NCBI GenBank assembly: GCA_945871905.1
Contig: CAMBXL010000006.1
Coordinates: 34,033-98,032 of the forward strand
Reading direction: 5' to 3'
DNA length: 64,000 bases
DNA from: Chitinophaga pinensis
GTDB taxonomy: Bacteria; Bacteroidota; Bacteroidia; NS11-12g; UBA955
The translations under genes and the position numbers were made by a program. Positions 60,165 through 64,000 of this stretch are shown here, one piece after another (the first letter of the stretch is position 1; each line of letters opens with the position of its first letter). A model generated the notes under the pieces. It saw nothing but the letters and a program-made list of their open reading frames with translations. It did not search any database and was not told where the DNA came from.

Positions 60165-61949
60165 ATGAAAAAAATCAATTCTCTCTTATTTGTTTTAAGC
60201 ATTTTATTTACTTTTTCAAGTACCCTTAATGCACAAACATCCAAAAAATACAGTGTCTATTTTGATGTCAATCAATCTACTATTAAGCCTAATGATTACA
60301 AAACCTTAGACAGTGTTGTAGCATTAATTAAAAAACAACCTATTATCAAACGTATTCAAATTAGTGGATATGCCGATACTACTGGAAACGCCGAAGCTAA
60401 TCAATTGCTTTCTGACAACAGAACCGATACTGTAGCAGGCTATATTTTGAGCAAAGGATTAATGTCCTACAAAAAACTAATTACATCGGCTAGTTTGGGT
60501 GATAATAATACTGACAAAACTTTGACTTTGGAAGAGCAAAGAAGAGTAGATATTGTGTTGTATTTTCCTAAACCAGACAGAGATACCATTATCCGTTTAG
60601 GTTGTATTTCTGCTTTTATTAAAGCCAATACTTTTGAGAATTTCAATAACAATGAATTAACTTTCAAATTGGAGTATATCAACAATAGCGAAGATTTAAA
60701 GAAAAATAAAATTCAAATGATAGACCAAGATGGTCAAAAATTATTGAGCAACGGATTGGTTAAGTTGGTGGCAATGTACAAAAGTAAACCAGTAAAAAAC
60801 ATCAAGCCAATAACCATCGAAATGCCAATTATCAATCAATTGAACAATTATGTGGTTTACAAATCTGTTTTAGACAAAACTAAAACAATGAGTTTTAAAG
60901 CAAGTCAGGATAAGGTAAGCTATATCGGTTCAAAAGCGGGACAAGATGGTGAACCTTGTTTATTACAATCGTTCCAATTGACAGACTGTAACACTATAAT
61001 GTGTGCAGGTATGAAAGAGCCTAATTGCTATTGTGCTGCCGACGCATTTGGTGGATTATTGTCTCCTGAAGCTAATAACGAGTTATTGAAATTGGGTGCT
61101 TCTAAAGGAGGTTTTTTATTAAACGATGGTTGTTTTAAGAAAATTGACCCAACAAAAGCACAGGTTGAAGTTTTGGATTTATTAAAGCCTGAAGAGTATT
61201 TGAATTTCTGTAATTCATTCCTTTATCCAGGAGTTGGAGATGTGCCACAAATTGCCAAATATACAAGAGAAGTATTGCGCTTTATAGACATCAACTTACC
61301 ACAACAAGCAGCTGATATTGACCAAGTAATGATTAAGAAAAACAGTGTTTTATTAATGATTCCTAAAAATCAAATTAAGTTCCAAAAAGATAAAAAGTAC
61401 GCCATCATAAATGCAGAAACCAGACAAGATAATTATTTGGTTTGGAACAAAAAAGCAATCTTTTCTGACTCTTGTAAGGGTTTAATCAATTGCGACTATT
61501 TAACCTTCGAAGTGCCATTTACAGGATTTTATACCTTGGTTGAACTTACACCATTGTCTAAAAACAAAGGAAAAGCTAAAACAGAGGAAGAGGGTGAAGA
61601 GGAAGAAGTGGTAAGTGATAGCAAAAAATTAAAAATTAAAGTTAAGAAGTTCAATAATGTGACAGTTGTATTTGGCGACAAAGGCAATAACTCCGCTGCT
61701 AATGCACAATTTATTGAAAACAAAGGCAAACATTCTATTTTAGAACCAAACATAGCTAAAAGCGAAAAAAACAATTATAAGTCACACTTATTTTTATGTT
61801 ACGTGCTTAAAGATGGTAAGCGTTATGCTTGGATAGGCAATGGCAGTGAAATGAAAAAATCATTGTTCAGTGGCAATTGGAAATCACCAAAACTACAATA
61901 TGTACCCGACGAAGAGTGGGAAAATTTTGTAAAAAAACACTGCGAATAA
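60165..61949 (+). CDS. Exported protein with N-terminal OmpA-like domain and Cys-rich C-terminal region
   Basis: Signal peptide ending LNAQ; VYFD, ISGYADTTG...NQLLSDNR, RRVDI. Confidence 0.75.
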   Translation: MKKINSLLFVLSILFTFSSTLNAQTSKKYSVYFDVNQSTIKPNDYKTLDSVVALIKKQPIIKRIQISGYADTTGNAEANQLLSDNRTDTVAGYILSKGLMSYKKLITSASLGDNNTDKTLTLEEQRRVDIVLYFPKPDRDTIIRLGCISAFIKANTFENFNNNELTFKLEYINNSEDLKKNKIQMIDQDGQKLLSNGLVKLVAMYKSKPVKNIKPITIEMPIINQLNNYVVYKSVLDKTKTMSFKASQDKVSYIGSKAGQDGEPCLLQSFQLTDCNTIMCAGMKEPNCYCAADAFGGLLSPEANNELLKLGASKGGFLLNDGCFKKIDPTKAQVEVLDLLKPEEYLNFCNSFLYPGVGDVPQIAKYTREVLRFIDINLPQQAADIDQVMIKKNSVLLMIPKNQIKFQKDKKYAIINAETRQDNYLVWNKKAIFSDSCKGLINCDYLTFEVPFTGFYTLVELTPLSKNKGKAKTEEEGEEEEVVSDSKKLKIKVKKFNNVTVVFGDKGNNSAANAQFIENKGKHSILEPNIAKSEKNNYKSHLFLCYVLKDGKRYAWIGNGSEMKKSLFSGNWKSPKLQYVPDEEWENFVKKHCE

Positions 61950-61981
61950 TAACATTATAAACTTTTTAAAAAATCATTAAG

Positions 61982-62006
61982 AACCTGCACTAGTGCAGGT
62001 TTTTTT
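61982..62006 (+). terminator. Intrinsic terminator
   Basis: AACCTGCAC-TA-GTGCAGGTTTTTTT. Confidence 0.82.
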
Positions 62007-62222
62007 ATGTGGTAACAATAAGTATATTAATTAATGAAAACAGAATAATCACAAAACCTTGTTAAAAACACTTACCTTTGCAGCAGTTTATTTATTTGCG
62101 GCATTCTAAGCCAGTTTTCAGAAAGTTCATTTGCAATCAATGTATTTTTATTTTCTAGTTTTCAATGATAAAGTTTAATACTTTATTTCCGCCCTTATTT
62201 TTATTAAAAACATTTATACATT

Positions 62223-63497
62223 TTGCAATTTACAGATTTAGGCATTATTAAGCCCATTTTAAACGCCCTTACAGACGAGGGTTACACCAAACCAACGCCC
62301 ATTCAACAACAAGCTATTCCTCATGTTTTAAAAGGAAAAGACATATTAGGATGTGCCCAAACAGGTACAGGAAAAACAGCAGCATTTGCCATTCCTATGC
62401 TTCAGTTATTAAGTCAAAACCAAGTACAAACAGTTGGCCGAAAACCGATTAGAGCACTTATATTAACCCCAACCAGAGAATTGGCCATACAAATACAAGA
62501 AAGTTTTAAAGTGTATGGAAAAAACTTACAACTCAGAAATTATGTAATTTTTGGAGGTGTTAATCAAAATCCACAAGTGGATGCTATTCGAAGAGGAATT
62601 GATGTTTTAGTTGCTACTCCAGGCCGTTTACTCGATTTGATGAACCAAGGATTTATTCAATTGAACCAATTAGAAATTTTTGTTTTGGACGAAGCAGACC
62701 GAATGTTAGACATGGGTTTTGTTCACGACGTAAAACGAATTATTGCTAAAATTCCTACTAAAAGACAAACTTTGTTTTTTTCGGCAACCATGCCCAATGA
62801 AATTCAAGCTTTGGCAAACAGCATTTTACGCAATCCTGTGAAAGTGGAAGTAGCACCCGTTTCATCAACCGCGGATACCATTCAACAGTCCTTGTTTTAC
62901 GTTTCTAAAGAAAATAAAAAGGATTTATTGGCTCACATTTTGGCTGACAAATCAATAGAGACTGCCTTGGTGTTTACTCGAACTAAACATGGTGCAGACA
63001 AACTAGTGAAACACTTAGTTAAATTGGGAATTACAGCGCAAGCTATTCACGGAAATAAAACCCAAAATGCAAGACAAAATGCATTGACTAATTTCAAGAA
63101 CAGAACTACTAGAATATTAGTAGCGACTGATATTGCAGCTAGAGGAATTGATGTGGATGAATTAACCCACGTTATCAATTATGAGTTACCCGAAGTACCC
63201 GAAACTTATGTTCACCGAATAGGTAGAACAGGTAGAGCCGGAAATAGTGGTATTTCTTTCTCTTTTTGCGAAGCCGAAGAAACCAGCTATTTAAGAAGTA
63301 TTCAAAAACTGATTGGTAAAAACATACCCGTTCAGGAAAACCACCCTTACCACGAGATATTTGAAGGATTTACTAAGCGACCAGCTAAACCAAGCCGTCC
63401 AGCAAGGCCACAAAGACCAAATGCAGGAGGAAACTCAGCAAAAAGTGGCAATAAATCGGGTAATGCCAAATCAAGCGGTCCCAAAAGAAGATACTAA
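62223..63497 (+). CDS. rhlE: DEAD-box RNA helicase (RhlE-like)
   Basis: [31 protein letters not shown]; TACCTTTG promoter at 62073. Confidence 0.9.
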   Translation: MQFTDLGIIKPILNALTDEGYTKPTPIQQQAIPHVLKGKDILGCAQTGTGKTAAFAIPMLQLLSQNQVQTVGRKPIRALILTPTRELAIQIQESFKVYGKNLQLRNYVIFGGVNQNPQVDAIRRGIDVLVATPGRLLDLMNQGFIQLNQLEIFVLDEADRMLDMGFVHDVKRIIAKIPTKRQTLFFSATMPNEIQALANSILRNPVKVEVAPVSSTADTIQQSLFYVSKENKKDLLAHILADKSIETALVFTRTKHGADKLVKHLVKLGITAQAIHGNKTQNARQNALTNFKNRTTRILVATDIAARGIDVDELTHVINYELPEVPETYVHRIGRTGRAGNSGISFSFCEAEETSYLRSIQKLIGKNIPVQENHPYHEIFEGFTKRPAKPSRPARPQRPNAGGNSAKSGNKSGNAKSSGPKRRY

Positions 63498-63509
63498 CTC
63501 TTTAAGCGT

Positions 63510-64000
63510 TTAATTCTTTAACGGAAAACGCCCTGGCGTATAAGGTAGTTTTAGCTTTTCTAAGGTTTCATCCAAACTGTCAACTAATGTTTTAAGCTGA
63601 ACTGCTTTAGGATACAAAAGGTCTAATTTGCCTTTTACCTCGGCTAATTTTTCTTTATAAGTTGTGGTGCTTTCCTCTGTTGTGGCCCACAAGTTCCATA
63701 CAATACCTTCCACAGAACCTACTAACCCTGAAAGGGTTTCAAACTCTCTGCGAGATAAACTGCTATTGCCATATAATTCCAATTGAAGTTGATCCATCAA
63801 TTTTTCAATCTCATTAATTTTACTTGGCAATACATCGGGTCTAACTCGGTTTAATTCTTTCACGTAATTGATTTTATTTCGAACTTCGCCTATATAACCA
63901 TTCAAACCTTGAATTAAGTGCCTTACGGCAGCTAATTCTTCGTTAAACGCACTGTTTTTAGGTAAAGAATTATCAAACAAAGATTTTATAACAAAAGGTT
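63510..64000 (-). CDS. C-terminal end of a large protein, probably a BNR/VPS10-type glycosyl hydrolase-like protein (start beyond the window)
   Basis: Helical C-terminus ending PYTPGRFP, which I associate with that Bacteroidota family; the frame stays open to the window edge. Confidence 0.5.
   Translation of the reverse strand, partial: PFVIKSLFDNSLPKNSAFNEELAAVRHLIQGLNGYIGEVRNKINYVKELNRVRPDVLPSKINEIEKLMDQLQLELYGNSSLSRREFETLSGLVGSVEGIVWNLWATTEESTTTYKEKLAEVKGKLDLLYPKAVQLKTLVDSLDETLEKLKLPYTPGRFPLKN

Noticed and set aside
229-63513. Numerous 60-130 aa ORFs antisense to or overlapping long genes
   Set aside because: They are shadow ORFs of well-supported CDSs with no motifs or independent expression signals

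Overview
An AT-rich bacterial chromosomal segment, almost certainly Bacteroidota: TAnnTTTG -7 promoter boxes sit just before many starts, and there are T9SS-type C-terminal domains, an UpxY antiterminator and pheS without pheT. Bases 1-22.8 kb hold a minus-strand surface-polysaccharide locus. It includes upxY, wzm/methyltransferase/wzt, a dehydratase-DegT-RraA-ATP-grasp tailoring block, glycosyltransferases, an apparent AsnB-WbpG double amidotransferase fusion and a wHTH-nucleotidyltransferase-fold regulator. Bases 23-33 kb are an accessory patch with hipBA, a T9SS cargo protein, tryptophan 2,3-dioxygenase and a Fic protein. Bases 33-64 kb are mostly housekeeping (M16 peptidases, ybeY, mnmG, pheS, cobB, rarA, trmH-like, mutS, ssb, mutL, rhomboid, rhlE), with a candidate oriC at about 41 kb and parS sites inside ybeY. 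This part also carries a RAYT transposase gene with its REP pair and a three-gene hipBST-like module. The most unusual structure is a family of polar, modular, nested palindromic intergenic clusters (17.3-17.9, 24.8-25.6 and 30.5-31.2 kb, with fragments at 28.8, 31.8 and 53 kb). They keep the same module order and often neighbour toxin-antitoxin or Fic genes. All family assignments come from motif recognition by eye; no database searches were run.
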